DNA from: Octopus vulgaris | Taxonomy: Eukaryota | Direction of reading: 5' to 3' | Length of the DNA: 64,000 bases | NCBI GenBank assembly: GCA_951406725.2 | Contig: OX597820.1 | Location: 76,260,001-76,324,000 of the forward strand | Part shown: positions 41,751 through 55,650 of the stretch, one piece after another | Numbering within the stretch: the first letter of the stretch is position 1 | Layout: the number at the start of each line of letters is the position of its first letter | The notes under the pieces: generated by a model | Told to the model about the DNA's origin: nothing | Database searches by the model: none | The model's input: only the letters and a program-made list of their open reading frames with translations | Position numbers and translations under genes: made by a program

Positions 41751-42197
41751 ATACATTTCTACATTTGGAATCGAAATACGAAATATGAACTGACTGGCTG
41801 GAATTAACTCCCCTTTATATCTTGTTTATGAAATAAGCTGCAAAACATTAATATGACGCAGTATTGTTTATTTCTTTTCAAATTAAGTACAAATATATGT
41901 GCGTGCATGCGTACCGCTATGTGCGTGCGTATGTTTGTGTGTGTCTGTCTTTAATGGAAACTGCAACTGAATGGTTGTCTCGTAACTTGAGTTTCACGGT
42001 GCTGCGGGCTTCAGGCGAATCTTCTCCCATTAAGATTCTTGTGGTGTGTGAAACTTGATTCATGAGAAACAAAATGTAGGGAAAACTGTATCCTTTAATA
42101 CATGTGCTGAACACTTCTCAGTTGTCTGATATAAATCTGCGTACCTATATACATATATATATATTGTTGTGCGTGTCTCCGCATATCTGTATATCTG

Positions 42198-42233
<36 letters not shown>

Positions 42234-42625
42234 TGTGCGTGTCTCCGCATATCTGTATATATATAGCAGCCCTTCCTGTTTGTTTTCACTGTCCTGTTTG
42301 TTTTACTAATTTTGACCCTCCGCAAGATCGCAAATTTTACTTAATTTGCTTTGCGGGAGCAACTGTTTTATCGAAGGCGTATCTTGTGAATTTCTCAAAA
42401 TACGGATTAGAAAAACAGCCGACAACTGATGAAGGGTCGTTCCTTGTGTTGCTTGTCTTGTTTTCCATTTGTTTCTTTCGTTGCTTGCAAAAAAAGTCCT
42501 TATTCCATGTCCTCGTACTTCGTATTTTTGTTGTTTGTTTTGTGAAGTCCTGCGCCCACATATGCATATGTATATACGTATACATGTATGTACGTATACG
42601 TATGTATATATGCATATATATATAT

Positions 42626-42674
<49 letters not shown>

Positions 42675-42881
42675 GTGTGTATATATATAGGTGTATATAT
42701 ATATATATATATACACGTTTATATTTTTGTTTTGCAAGATTCTTTATGTGAATTCGTGTGTTGAAACAGATATTGTTGACTTTGGGGATGGTCATGTCGC
42801 CAGTTTAGTCAATGAAAACACACGCATTGTATATTTTGTGTATACTTGCTTTAGCTTTATTTTATATTAATTGTATTTCGG

Positions 42882-42981
42882 NNNNNNNNNNNNNNNNNNN
42901 NNNNNNNNNNNNNNNNNNNNNNNNNNNNNNNNNNNNNNNNNNNNNNNNNNNNNNNNNNNNNNNNNNNNNNNNNNNNNNNNN
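42882..42981. other. Assembly gap (100 N)
   Basis: Run of 100 n. Confidence 1.
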
Positions 42982-43679
42982 TCATTGTTCATTGGCAAAC
43001 TGACCAGAATATCGAGGAGTAGGTCAGTTCCGATATGTTTTGACATTTGGACCACCATTTTGTCTGCACCTTACACGTTAAGAAAAAGATGTCAAAATTT
43101 TCTCCAGGATAGCGTAGATTTCTAGATAGTGTTTAGAACAGCAGGCTTGATGCTCTGCCATCCCTATCTGAATCTAAAGCACCGTGGTCAATATCAACAG
43201 GTAGAGGCAGTAGAAACAAGAGTAACAACAACAACAGCATAGAATGGAGAGTAACAGTGAGACGAACACTGATTTGGCCAACAGTACTGTCGCAATAATT
43301 CCGGCGTCAGCAGAAACTATGACAATCACAACATTGATCATAAAACCAAATATTGGCTTCAAATTTTAGCACAAGGCCAGCAATTTCGTAGGTGGAAGCT
43401 AGACAGTAATATTAACCACAGTGTTCAACTGGTACTTATTTTATTCACCACAAAAGAACAAAAGGCAAAGTCAATTCCGGTAGAATTTGAGCTCAGAACA
43501 TAAGAATGAACGAAACATCGCCAAGCATTGTGTCCGGTGTGCCAACGATTCTGCCAGCTCGCTGCTCTTCAGAAGATGCAAATATCGGTTTCAAATTTTG
43601 GCATAAGGCCAGCAAAGGGATTTCTACCCTAATGTTTAACTGGTATTTAGTTCATCGGACGAAAGACCGCTAAGTATAT

Positions 43680-44058
43680 TTTCTACTCTACAGGCACAAG
43701 GCCCGAAATTTTGGGGGAGGGGGCCAGTCGATTAAATCGACCCTAGTACGCAACTGGTACTTAATTTATCGACGTCAAAGAGACGAAAGGCAAAGTCGAC
43801 CTCGGCGGAATTGTACCGCAGAACGTAAAGACAGACGAAATATCTATTTTTTTACTACCCACAAGGGGATAAACACAGAGAGGACAAACGGATTAAGTCG
43901 ATTATATCGACCCTAGTGTGTAACTGGTACTTATTTAATCGACCCGGAAAGGATGAAAGGCAAAGTCGACCTCGGCGGAATTTGAACTCAGAACGTAACG
44001 GCAGACGAAATACCGCTAAGCATTTCGCCCGGCGTGCTAACGTTTCTGCCAGTTCATT
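43680..44058 (-). mobile_element. SINE family B, near full length
   Basis: Reverse complement of 2460-2862; older fragments at 43355-43670. Confidence 0.9.
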
Positions 44059-44376
44059 GCTCTATACTAAAATACATATGTTATCGCCACAATGAGCACA
44101 CTAATACAACGAACACAATCACCACCGTCAGCATAATCGCCATCTTCACAGACAATAGCACAATTGGTTAATACAGTTAACACCACAACCAACAGATCAA
44201 GCGTTAATGTGTTCATTAACGGGGTTCGAATGCTAGTGCTAGTTTCTCTAACGCCGCGGGAAAATCTGAAATATTTTCTATGAAAGATTGGTAGAACATT
44301 AACCGCACGAGACACAAAGCAAATATTGAACTCAGCACATTTTTTCTCTCTCTCTCCATTTTTACCTTCTTAATCC

Positions 44377-44411
44377 CTTCTATCGAAGAGCGTAGGCACG
44401 AAACGTAAAAG
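44377..44411 (+). ncRNA. HHR-like motif (family J, degenerate core CTATCGA)
   Basis: CTT-CTATCGA-a-GAGC-gtag-GCAC-GAAAC-GTA-AAAG. Confidence 0.45.
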
Positions 44412-44557
44412 ACTTTTCCATTCTTCCAGAGCGTTAAATACACCCATTTTTTGTTCGTGCACCTGTCTTCGTCTTTTGTTTTCTGTAAATTTGAACTATG
44501 TATATATATATGGTAAATGAAAGACGGAAGATGGAATATACGAGAATTTATTATTAA

Positions 44558-44603
44558 TCACGACAATTGTTTCGACATATCAAGCATCGATGCCTCACGG
44601 GTG
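44558..44603 (-). ncRNA. Degenerate HHR (core CCG-TGA, one base missing)
   Basis: Minus strand CAC-CCGTGA-GGCAT-loop-ATGTC-GAAAC-aatt-GTC-GTG; palindromic ACAATTGT. Confidence 0.5.
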
Positions 44604-44846
44604 GGACACTTAACAACTGATTTAGGACCATATACATAACAAACGCTGCGAAAATAACTGTGCTTTACCAGTAACCTACGAGATGTAAACCATTCATTTT
44701 ATTATATATATACGGGCCAAATAATTCAGGAGAAAATAATTGCGAAGATATCATTGGCTCTAGTGTAACAATTAAAAATGAAAATAAAACGAATTAGTTG
44801 AGGTGCAGACTTCAACGTGACGGGTTGGTGCTCTCTATCGTGTTAA

Positions 44847-44899
44847 CGCGTGCTGAGGAGGGTGAGGCTAAAATGCCAGTCCAGAAACCGGTTCACGTG
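44847..44899 (+). ncRNA. Type I hammerhead ribozyme, canonical core
   Basis: CGCGTG-CTGAGGA-ggg..GGC-taaaat-GCC..tcca-GAAAC-cg-GTT-CACGTG; 6-bp stem I (one GU), palindromic AACCGGTT. Confidence 0.72.
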
Positions 44900-45514
44900 A
44901 GTCCAGATACTTGAATGTATGCTAAGAGATTGTCTTAGCCCCTTTGCCTTCAGATTGATTTCTGTAATTATTATCAGCGTATGTTGGCGATTTAAATAAG
45001 AGTTTTGACTGTTATATCCAGCAGGTAGACATACTTAGGATGTACTTTGATTAACTATACATACACACATACATACATACATACATAATACATATATATA
45101 TATATATTGCCACCCTATATTGATTAATTATGAATTTTTTGGTTAATTCCGTAATGGAATCGACGGCTTATATTTATTTGCTGCCGATAAATTTGGCGCG
45201 AGTGCGACGTTTTGAAAATTTTAGGTCAGATATTGCCTTGGCAGGGTTGGATATGCCTCGTGTAAATATCTGTTCCGACTTGAGCTATTTCTTGCTGAAG
45301 AATCTGAGGGCCTATGGAAGATTGGCTTGATTTAATTTAATCAGGTTAGTTTACCATTAAACAGCAGATGAAACGGTATACCGTACAAGAAATTACAGGG
45401 TAAATGTTTTTTTAATTTTCTCCTGTTTACGGAATTAATCTTTATTTGCGGTAGAAGCTTTGGCTGTTATTTCTAGTGGGTGAATGGCCTATTATGGCCG
45501 TTCCTTAATTGTTG

Positions 45515-45546
<32 letters not shown>

Positions 45547-45553
45547 CATACAT

Positions 45554-45635
<82 letters not shown>

Positions 45636-45852
45636 CATATATTACTTGTTTCGGTCATTTAACTGCGGCCATGCTAGAACACCATCTTTAGTCGAACAAA
45701 TCGACCACAGGACTTATTCTTTGTAAGTCTAGCACATAATATATCGGCCTCTTTTGCCGAACCGCTACGTTACGGGAACATGAGCACACCAACACCGGTT
45801 GTTAAGTGATGTTGGGGGGACAAACACAGACACAAATAACAAAGACACACAC

Positions 45853-45916
<64 letters not shown>

Positions 45917-46414
45917 ATTGATAGATAGATATAGGTATAAAGTAGCGATTTCAATGGGTCGTTAGCACGCCGGGCAAAATGCTTAGCAGCATTACGTTCT
46001 CAATTCAAATTCTGCCGCGGTCGATTTAGTCTTTTTCCTTTGGGGCTCGATAAACCAGTTAAACAATTGAGTCGACATAACCGACTTATCCGCTTCCTCG
46101 AAATTACTGGCCTTGTGCTAAAATTTGAAACCATCAGTATATGTAGGTGTCTGAGGCGGTGAGATGGCAGAATCGTTAGCAAACCGACCAGAATGCATAG
46201 CGGCACTTCTCCCTTTATAGCCTAAGTCCAAAGGCCACCGAGAGTGACTCTGCATTCTTCTTAGGACCTAAATATCTGTAAGACATACCACGACGCCACC
46301 ACCTTCTTGAAACAATAGTTTCAAATTTTAGCACAAGGCCAGCAATTTTAAGGAAGTGGTTAGTCTATTACATCAACCGCAGTACTTATTTTATAGACTT
46401 ATTTTATGGCCTGT

Positions 46415-46806
46415 GGAGGCGCAATGGCTCAGTGGTTAAGGCAGTGGACTCAAGGTCATAGAATCGTAGTTTCGATTTACAGACCAGGCGTTGTGAGTGT
46501 TTATTGAGCGAAAACAAACACTTAAAGCTTCACGAAGCCCCGGCAGGGGCTGGTGGTGAACCCTGCTGCACTCTTTCACCACAATTTTCTCTCACTCTTT
46601 CTTCTTGTTTCTGTTGTACGTGTATTTCAAAGGGCCAGCCTTGTCACACACGGTGTTACGCTGAATCCCGCTGAATCTCTCCGAGAACTACATTAAAGGT
46701 ACACGTGTCTGTAGAATGCTAAGACAATTACACGTTAATTTCACGAGCAAGCTGATCCGTTGATCGGATCAACTGGAACCCTTGTCATCGTAACCGACAG
46801 AGTGCC
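46415..46806 (+). mobile_element. SINE family C, full length, inserted into a family B copy
   Basis: GGAGGCGCAATGGCTCAGTGGTTAAG A box and GTTTCGATTT B box; ends CGTAACCGACAGAGTGCC. Confidence 0.88.
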
Positions 46807-47151
46807 GTAATAGTAATTTTATGGACTAAGAAAAAAAAATAAAGTTGACCTCACTGGAATTTGAACTTAGAACATAAAGACAGACGAAATTCATCTAAGC
46901 ATTTTGGCTGGCATGCTAACGATTCTGCCAGCTTGGCGCATTCCTCCTTATATTAATACCAATTTGAATCAATGTCAGCAGATTTGATGGGAGGGGGATA
47001 GTCTATTATATCGACCTTCGTACTCGAATTGTACTTTATTTTATTGAAAACCGAAAGGGTGAAAGGCACCGGTGTTCTCTGGAGAATTGTATCTCAGAAC
47101 GTAAAGAGCTGGACGATTTATAGTTAAGTATTTTGTCCGGCATAGTAACCT

Positions 47152-47532
47152 TTTCTACTCTAGGCACAAGGCCTGAAATTTGTGGGGAGGGGCCAGTCGA
47201 TAAGATCTACCCTGATACGCAACTGGTACTTAATTTTTCGACCCGAAAGGATAAAAGGCAAAGACGACCTTGGCGGAATTTGAACTCAGAACGTTAAAGA
47301 CAGACGAAATACCTATTTCTTTACTACCCACAAGGGGCTAAACACAGAGAGGACAAACAAGGACAGACAAACGGATTAAGTCGATTATATCGACGCCAGT
47401 GCGTAACTGGTACTTATTTAATCGACCCCGAAAGGATGAAAAGCAAAGTCGACCTTGGCGGAATTTGAACTCAGAACGTAGCGGGAGACGAAATACCGCT
47501 AAGCATTTCGCCCGGCGTGCTAACGTTTCTGC
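47152..47532 (-). mobile_element. SINE family B, near full length, within a pile-up of family B fragments (45958-48030)
   Basis: Reverse complement of 2460-2862. Confidence 0.9.
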
Positions 47533-48387
47533 CATATCGCCAACTCTTGTCCGACACAGTAACATTTCTGCTAGCCCTTCACCTAACACTTCTTGTCATT
47601 ATAATCTATTATAGGTACAAGACAAGCAATTTAGGGGGAGGGGCTAAGTCGATTACTTCGACCCCGGCGCTCAAGTGGTATTTTATTTTATCGATCTCGA
47701 AAGAATGAAACCCTTACTGATTTAGGCACAACACCTGGCATTTTGGAAGAGGGGTTGGGCTAGGTAATTACATCTAACCTAGTCTTCAACTGGTGGTGGA
47801 ATTCGAACGCGGGACGTATGCTTAACGGCATTTTGTCCGGCGTGCTAACGATTCTGACAATTCGCAGCCCTAATTCTTGTTGTATAAACCTTTACTAATT
47901 TAGGCACAATGCCTGGCGTTTTGGGAGGGCAGGGGATAGCCAATTACATCGCTGCTAGTCTTCAACTGGTACTTATCGACCCCGAAAGGATGAAAGGCAA
48001 AGTTGTTCTTGGTGGAATTGGAAATGAGAATGTAAAACCTGAATCATATTCATGGTAGAAGATATAAAGACGACAAGTGTATAACAAAGAATAAAGTTTT
48101 CAAAGATGTCCCCTCTTATGACTGAAGCTTCAGTTCTACTTGTATGAACCCAACACCACCTCGAGAATCGAATGCTGTACGAATCATACAATTTCAAAGC
48201 GGGGTAAAAAAAAAAAAAAATTTTTTTAAACCCTTACGTTTTTCTTGGTTCTTCACGAGCTTCCAGCAAATTAATTTTTTTCTTTTCAGAATAATAGTGC
48301 CATCTTCACGGATCCAGCTTAATAATAATGAACACTCATCAATCCTACCACAACCACGACCACCACCACCGCCAGTATCTCCGTAAC

Positions 48388-48394
48388 ATCATCG

Positions 48395-48436
<42 letters not shown>

Positions 48437-48965
48437 CTATCTATATCATCGTCGTCGTTGTCCTCATCATAGCTTTCATTTCCATCACTATCATAGCCGT
48501 CGCCGTTTTCCTCCATTTTCTTCTTATTCTTCTTCTTCTTCTTCTTCTTCTTCTTCTTCTTCTTCTTCTTCTTCTTCTTCTTCTTCTTCTTCTTCTCCTC
48601 CTTTTCCTCTTCATCTTCTTTTCCTTCTTCTTCTTCTTCTTCTTCTTCTTCTTTTCCTTCTTCTTCTTCTTCTTCTTCTTCGTCTTCTTCTTCTCCTTCT
48701 CCCCCTTCTCCTCTTCATTCATCTCGTCTTTCCCCTCTTCATCATTATCATTAACATCTTTTACAGTACCGTCATCGTCCTCAGTGTCCCTCGCCCACTC
48801 TTCCTCCCTCTCCTTATCATCATCATCATCAATATCATTATTATCGTCATCGCCATCATGGTCATGATCCTGATGATGTTCATCATCACCGCCGTTGTCG
48901 TCAACATCATCATCATCATCCTCATAATCCTCATCATAATCATAATCATCATCATCATCATCAGG
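48388..48965. repeat. (ATC)n/(TTC)n compound microsatellite
   Basis: Direct observation. Confidence 0.92.
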
Positions 48966-50658
48966 AACACTCATCATTTCATTTCTCTCTTTGTATTTTC
49001 TATTTACTTTTTATTAAAGAATTATATTTTTATACGTTGTTATATTTTTTCCAAATCTCTTTCCCCGCCTCCGCAACACCCTCCCACACCTTCCACATTT
49101 ATGTATTTATTTATTAATTTATTTATTTATTCTTTTAACATTTGAAAACGAAAAAAATGAAAGTGAAAAAAAAGAAATCTTTAATGAACAAATCTGATGT
49201 CGCTAATGCATTAAAAAAAATCTGATTTTTTTTTTTATTTCAAAAAAAAAAAATTCTATTTTATTATTTTCGAAATGAAATAAAAAATAAAACCCGCGCA
49301 AAAACATAAATAAATAAACAAATAAAAAAAACAAAAAAAAAAATCACAAATTCAAACAAAAAGAATCCCATAAACAAGATTTGCACAGTGGTGGAAGGGG
49401 AGGGCAGGAGGGGCAAATAAAGGAAGTAACGTGTTTATAACGACACTAGCACTGAAGAGGCTTGTTGTTGTTGTTATTATTGTGGTTGCTGTTGTTATTG
49501 TTGTTATTGCTGTTGTTGCATTTATGCATGTGTAGTGACAAGTTCATCCATCTTCTATTGTTCTTTATGGAAATTCTGAGTACAGTATTTTTTTTTCTTA
49601 AAGTATTACCCAGAATGATTTTGTAGCTTTAGGTTTTTTTTTAATGTGTTTTGTATTCGAAAAAGAAAAAAATAACAAGAATTATTACATGCATATATAC
49701 ATATAATGCCACACACTTACACTTACACACACAGGCATACACGTATATGACCATATATAAGAGTCACACCTACGTATATATACACACACACACACATGCA
49801 CATAGATGCATACATTTATACACAGTAGTACCCATGAATACACATGGGTGAATTAGTATACACATGCAAATATATATACACACAAAAATAAAAGAAACGC
49901 ACATGACCGCATTTGCACGTGAACTTAGGTATTTAAAAATCGCACGCAAAGACACGCGCACGGACATACATAAACATGCATAGAAATACACATCCATGTA
50001 CAGTATACACATATGCACATAGACACATACACACGCGCACACAGATACATAAACAAAGACACCCCCCTGGTACACATACACACGTATACTCACACATACA
50101 CACGTACACACACAAATGCCTCCGTACACCCACACACGCACACATTTGCAATATATGAATGTTGTTGTTACTATTGTTGGTTCTTTATAGCTCTAGGTCA
50201 GCCCTGATCAAATAGAACTGTGATCAAAACACTTCCAGCCGTGCCCATCATGTCTATTTTTGTCCATAAGAAATTCCTTGCTCCAATGATTCCCTCTCTC
50301 TTAAAGTCGGTAAGCGGTGACTCGAGAGGGATTTGGCTACTTTTTCTAGCAGGTCGATATATGGTTATTGTAATTCTTCCCTTTTTTTTTCTTTTCTTGC
50401 TTCAATCATTAGACTGCGGCCATACAGCAGCACCGCACTGAAGAATTTTTAGTCGAACGGAACGACCCGACTACTTTTTTTTATATAAGCCTAGTACTTA
50501 GTCTATCTTTTGCCGAACCGCTGACTTAGAGGGGGGGGGCGTAAACACACCAACACCGATTGTCAAGCAGTGGGGGAATAGGAGAAACACAGACATAAAA
50601 ACACGCACGCGCACACACACACACACACATATATACAGACATATATATACATACATAC

Positions 50659-50714
<56 letters not shown>

Positions 50715-50792
50715 CGTGTGTGGTCTGTGAATGTGTGTGTGTTAGCACGATGGGCTTCTTTCAATGTCTGACTACTAAATCCACTCACAAAT

Positions 50793-50873
<81 letters not shown>

Positions 50874-50978
50874 TATATACATACATACTTTGTTAATAAA
50901 GCATATTACTATACTTCCGAAATTCGAGTACTGTTTTCCACCTTGTTTCGCATTTATTTTCTTTCTCAGGTGTGTGTG

Positions 50979-51060
<82 letters not shown>

Positions 51061-51061
<1 letters not shown>

Positions 51062-51288
51062 TTTATTTTAAGCAGCAGAAAATTCAACAAAATCTGTTAC
51101 TCTGAGTTTCTCGTTGCCGTTCATCAGACTGTTTTTAGCAAAAACTGTCTGATGAACGGCAATGAGAAACACAGAGTAACACAGATGTTGTTGAATTTTC
51201 TGCTGCTTAAAATAAAGCATATTACTCTACCACTGGTATTTGAGTACTCTTTTTTTTCCACCTTGTTTCACATTTATGTGTTTACTCC

Positions 51289-51290
<2 letters not shown>
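51061..51290. mobile_element. Family I foldback element with an HHR in each arm (51094-51131 minus; 51145-51182 plus)
   Basis: Inverted arms 51061-51136 and 51140-51217; plus arm CTGT-CTGATGA-acg-GCAA-tga-GAAAC-acaga-GTA-ACAC. Confidence 0.8.
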
Positions 51291-51330
<40 letters not shown>

Positions 51331-51337
51331 TATACAT

Positions 51338-51371
<34 letters not shown>

Positions 51372-51430
51372 ACACACACATATATACATACAGACACACA
51401 AACACCTACATACATACATACATACATACA

Positions 51431-51466
<36 letters not shown>

Positions 51467-52289
51467 TATATGTGTGTGTATGTGTGTGTGTTAGCACGAT
51501 GCGCTTCTTTCAATGTCCGACTACTAAATCCTCTCACAAATCTTTGGTCGCCCCGAATCTATCGTAGAAGATACTTGCGGAAGGTACTACGCAGTGGGAC
51601 GGAACGTGGAACCATGTGGCTGGGAAGCAAACTTCTTACCACACAGCCACGCCGGTTGTTCACTCCAGTAAAACTTACGCGCAAGTTGCGTTCCAACCCA
51701 GAGAAGCAATGAGGAAGGCGCGTAGCTAAATGATTAGGGGGATTCGACTCACGTTCTTACGTTCGAATCTTGAAGGCGCGTTCTTTCCCTGAGCAAGGCA
51801 TTTTATTTCACATTGCTCTAGTCAACTCAGCTGGAAAATATGAGTTACACTTATATTTCTAAGTGCCATCTTTCATTGCATTTTGCGCCATGCTGAATCT
51901 ACCTGTGTACTACGTTGACGTTACGTTTGTCTGTGGAGTACTCAACCACTTGTACGTTAATTTTACAAGAATGACGTTCCGTTGATCTGATCATCTGCAA
52001 TCGACGTTGTCGCAACCAAAGGAATGCCAAATATTTTTTCTTTATTTGTTATCAAATGTGTGATTCTGTTTTAGTAATGTCGCGATGTCATTCGAGGGAG
52101 ATTTTACTGTTGTATCTAGCTGCTCGAGGTTATTATTGTTAAGGAGGTATATTTCTGATGGAGAATAATCTAAGTGTAAAAATGTTCCAGGTTTGGCAAA
52201 TCATTTTTTTTTATTAAAAGCACACAGCATCGCAATTACAACTATAGACAAGCAAACGTAGCCGTTGTTTCATTAAGACAATATTCTTT

Positions 52290-52490
52290 TATTCTTTTAT
52301 TCTCTTTATTCTAGAGCAGTGCCTTTAGTCGGTAAATTTGACCCCAGGACATATTCTATGTACGCATAGCACTTATCCTATTGCGTCTCTTTTGCTGAAC
52401 CGCTAAGATACGGGGACGTAAACATACCAACAACTGTTGTCAAACGATGGTAAGGAGACAAACACATACATACATACATACATTATATAT

Positions 52491-52551
<61 letters not shown>

Positions 52552-52715
52552 CAACAGGCTTCTTTCTGTTTCCGTCAACTAAATCCACTCATATGGCTTT
52601 GGTCGGGTCGAGGCTATAGTAGAAGGCACTTGCCCAAGATGCCACACAGTGGGACTGAAACCGGAACCATTTAGTTACAAAGCAAATTTCTTACCACACA
52701 ATCACGCTTGCGCCA
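52290..52715 (-). mobile_element. SINE family A
   Basis: Both modules plus internal microsatellite. Confidence 0.85.
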
Positions 52716-53617
52716 ATAGCGTGTGATTCAAAGGAGATTTTGCTATTACTTCTGGGATCAGAAGGATTTTGAAATTATTATTGTTCAGGACTAAGGTGGC
52801 GAGATTGCAGAATCGTTACTGCGCAAGAATAAATGAGTAGCGGTATTTAGTCTACCTCTACGTTCTGAGTTCAAATTACGCTAAGGTCGACTTTGCATTT
52901 CATCGTTTCCGGGTTGATGAAATAAGTACGAATCAAAGGCTGAAGTCCACCTATTCGACTCCATCCTCTTCCTCAAATATCGGGCCTTGTACCAAATATT
53001 TGTAAGGTTTATTGTTTAGTATCGTGTTAAATCTCATGTTGGAAAATAGAACAATGAGAAAGATCTTTCTAACTGTCACCACTTAGCGGTTTTTTCACCC
53101 GTCGCTACGTTCTGAGTTCAAATTCTGGGATCGATAAATTATGTACCAGTTGACTATGGGGTCGATGTAATTGACTACCCGCTCCCCCAAATTTCAGGCC
53201 TTGTTGCTACAATAGAAAGAATTATTGATGAGTATCGTGTTAAATCTAATGTTAAATAGAACAATGAGGAAAGGGTTTTTTACCGTGACCACTCTGTTTT
53301 TTTTTTGTGTTTAGAGACAAATGCCTCTTAGTATCCAATGTATTCCTTCAATAAAGCAATACACGAACAGAAATATTTATACAAATCAGGACGGTACATC
53401 AGCCGAATCGGTAGTCGAACAAAATGCCTAGATATATCTCTGAATTCGAATACTAACGGAACATTCTTCGTTCTATATCAACTCGGGGACGATAAAACGA
53501 AGCAACCGAATATTGATGGACACAACAATATTGGGCTAATTCGAGTCAAGAATCAATTCCGCCTGGCTTTGCTCCTGTATGGGCGCAGCCTAATGACTGA
53601 AACATGTTAAAGATAAA

Positions 53618-54005
53618 AGCTAGCTTCCCAACTACATGGTTCCGGGTTTCTATCCAACTGCATGGCACATTCGGCAAGTATCTTCTGCTATAGCCTCGGG
53701 CCGACCAAAACCTTGTGAGTGTATTTGGTAGACGGAAACTGAAAGAAGCCCGTTTTATACAATCACACACACACACAAACGTATGTATGTATCTGTGTGT
53801 TTGAGTCTGTGTTTGTCCCCCACCAGTGCTTGACAACCGGAGTTGTTGTGTTTACATCCCCGTAACTTAGTGGTTTGATAAAAAGAAACCCAGAAAAAGC
53901 ACTAGGTTAAAAAAAGTCTCAGTGTCAATTTTTTCGACTAAGATCATTCAAGGCGGTAGCATGGCCGCTGTCGAATGACTGATACAAGTTAAGGATAAAA
54001 GATTA
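53618..54005 (+). mobile_element. SINE family A, 5' truncated
   Basis: Homology to 18172-18600. Confidence 0.85.
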
Positions 54006-54145
54006 AAGCCATCATGCATACATAGAAGCAGGCATACATACATAAATACATACACACATACATACACATGCATACATACATACATACATACATACATACA
54101 TACATACATACATACATACATACATACATACATACATACATACAT

Positions 54146-54678
54146 CAAATCGCTCTGTTATGGAATACATTCATAAAAACCAACTCAACGATTACTAGTG
54201 AAATATTCCCATCATAATTTCTGTCAAATGTAAACGTAACAGACCGGATATTTTTGTTTGTGACAGGGGGTGAAGGTACGTATAGTCATAGAGGTCAGCT
54301 GCGCTGCAGGTTTAAATATCTCTTTCAAAATCAAAGAAGAGAATATCTATGGGCAACTGCATTGAAACCTCCAGCTTCTATATTCAGACTATAAATTCAT
54401 ATTCATACCAATAATAATTGGAGCACTAGGTTTTGTTAATAAATGCTTCAAAGAGAATCTGGATAAACTGGGATTTTCAGAAAGAGAAATCGACCGGCTA
54501 CTTCGTATATTACAAGTGCAATCTGTGAGTGGAACAGTAAAAATATGCAACACTTTTCTCAAGTTTCAAATGTAAATTTGTCTGTGTTAACTACATCCCA
54601 AAGATTGAGCCTTGCATCTTTGTTGGAAATCCTCTCCATCCTTAGAGGAATATTTATAGCAATTAAAAAATAGAAGAG
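54146..54678 (+). mobile_element. 5'-truncated R4/Dong-like non-LTR retrotransposon (degraded RLE domain plus 3'UTR)
   Basis: NRPDI...IEVSC...YGQL..NLQLLYSDYKFIFIPIIIGALG...SGTVKICNTFLKFQM*, a PD-(D/E)xK-type endonuclease signature; (CATA)n on both sides. Confidence 0.85.
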
Positions 54679-54818
54679 ACACATACATGCATGCATACTT
54701 ACATACATGCATACATACACACACATACATACATACATGCGTACATACATATGCATACATACATACATACATATATACATACATACATACATACACACAT
54801 ACACACATACATACATGC

Positions 54819-55650
54819 AGCTGCCCAGCGAATGTTAACATAAAGCTGAAGAACAGTGAAAAAGAGAATACCTACGCAGAACTATTGAGAAATTTACAGT
54901 TATTCTAGCATTATTACAAGGTCAGGTTTATACCTGTAATAATTGGGGCCCTGAGATGTGTAACACACTAACTAAATACCAATCTTGAGAAATTAGGCTT
55001 CTCAACACCAGAAAGGAGAAATCCAATTCGGAGACTACAGATCCAATCCATTACTGGAACTGTAAAAATCTGTAAAACTTTCCAGAAGTTTATCATTTAA
55101 ATATATATGAGCATGTCTAGATATGAAACTATATGCATGAGAATATATACACACAGCAAAACATACAAATCTACAAACATACATGTTGGTGGTTGTCTAC
55201 TCCTTATGCAGAGATTTACAATTTTCTGTACCTACGCCTTAGAACCATCATGGCATCTGATGTAGCTTTTTAAACCAGACAATGTTCTGAAGAGACAGCC
55301 ACATAGACTGCATAACCAATTTGAACCAAGAGCTGCACACATAAATACATACATACATGCATACATACATGCATACACATATACATACATATATGCATAC
55401 ATATATGCAGGCATACATACATACATGCATACATACACGCATACACATATACATACATGCATGTATGCATACATATATGCATGCATACATACATACATTC
55501 ATACATACATTCATACATGCATACATACATATATACAAAAATCCTTGTTCTTGATGTTGAAATTCAAATGAAGGAGCCTTGGATCTAGGTTACAAACCGG
55601 TTCTTTCTCCATTAGCAAGAAATATTGGCATAAAACTGAACAATGACATA
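54819..55650 (+). mobile_element. Second R4/Dong-like 3' fragment (different subfamily), interrupted by an RTE piece; extra 3' end copy at 55740-55850
   Basis: SCPANVNIKLKNSEKENTYAELLRNLQLF..FIPVIIGAL...TGTVKICKTFQKFII*; 55540-55650 and 55740-55850 are similar to each other. Confidence 0.8.
55183..55335 (-). mobile_element. RTE-like LINE 3' end with C-terminal C2H2-like motif
   Basis: WLCSLCGCLFRTLSGLKSYIRCH..*, followed by a short 3'UTR. Confidence 0.6.

Noticed and set aside
48441-48977. 178-aa acidic/basic ORF resembling a nucleolar protein
   Set aside because: Entirely made of (GAT)n/(GAA)n repeats and open in several frames
55560-55605. HHR-like look of the R4/Dong 3'UTR (AATGA...AAACCGGTT)
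   Set aside because: Core deviates at several invariant positions and there is no stem I; better explained as a 3'UTR stem-loop
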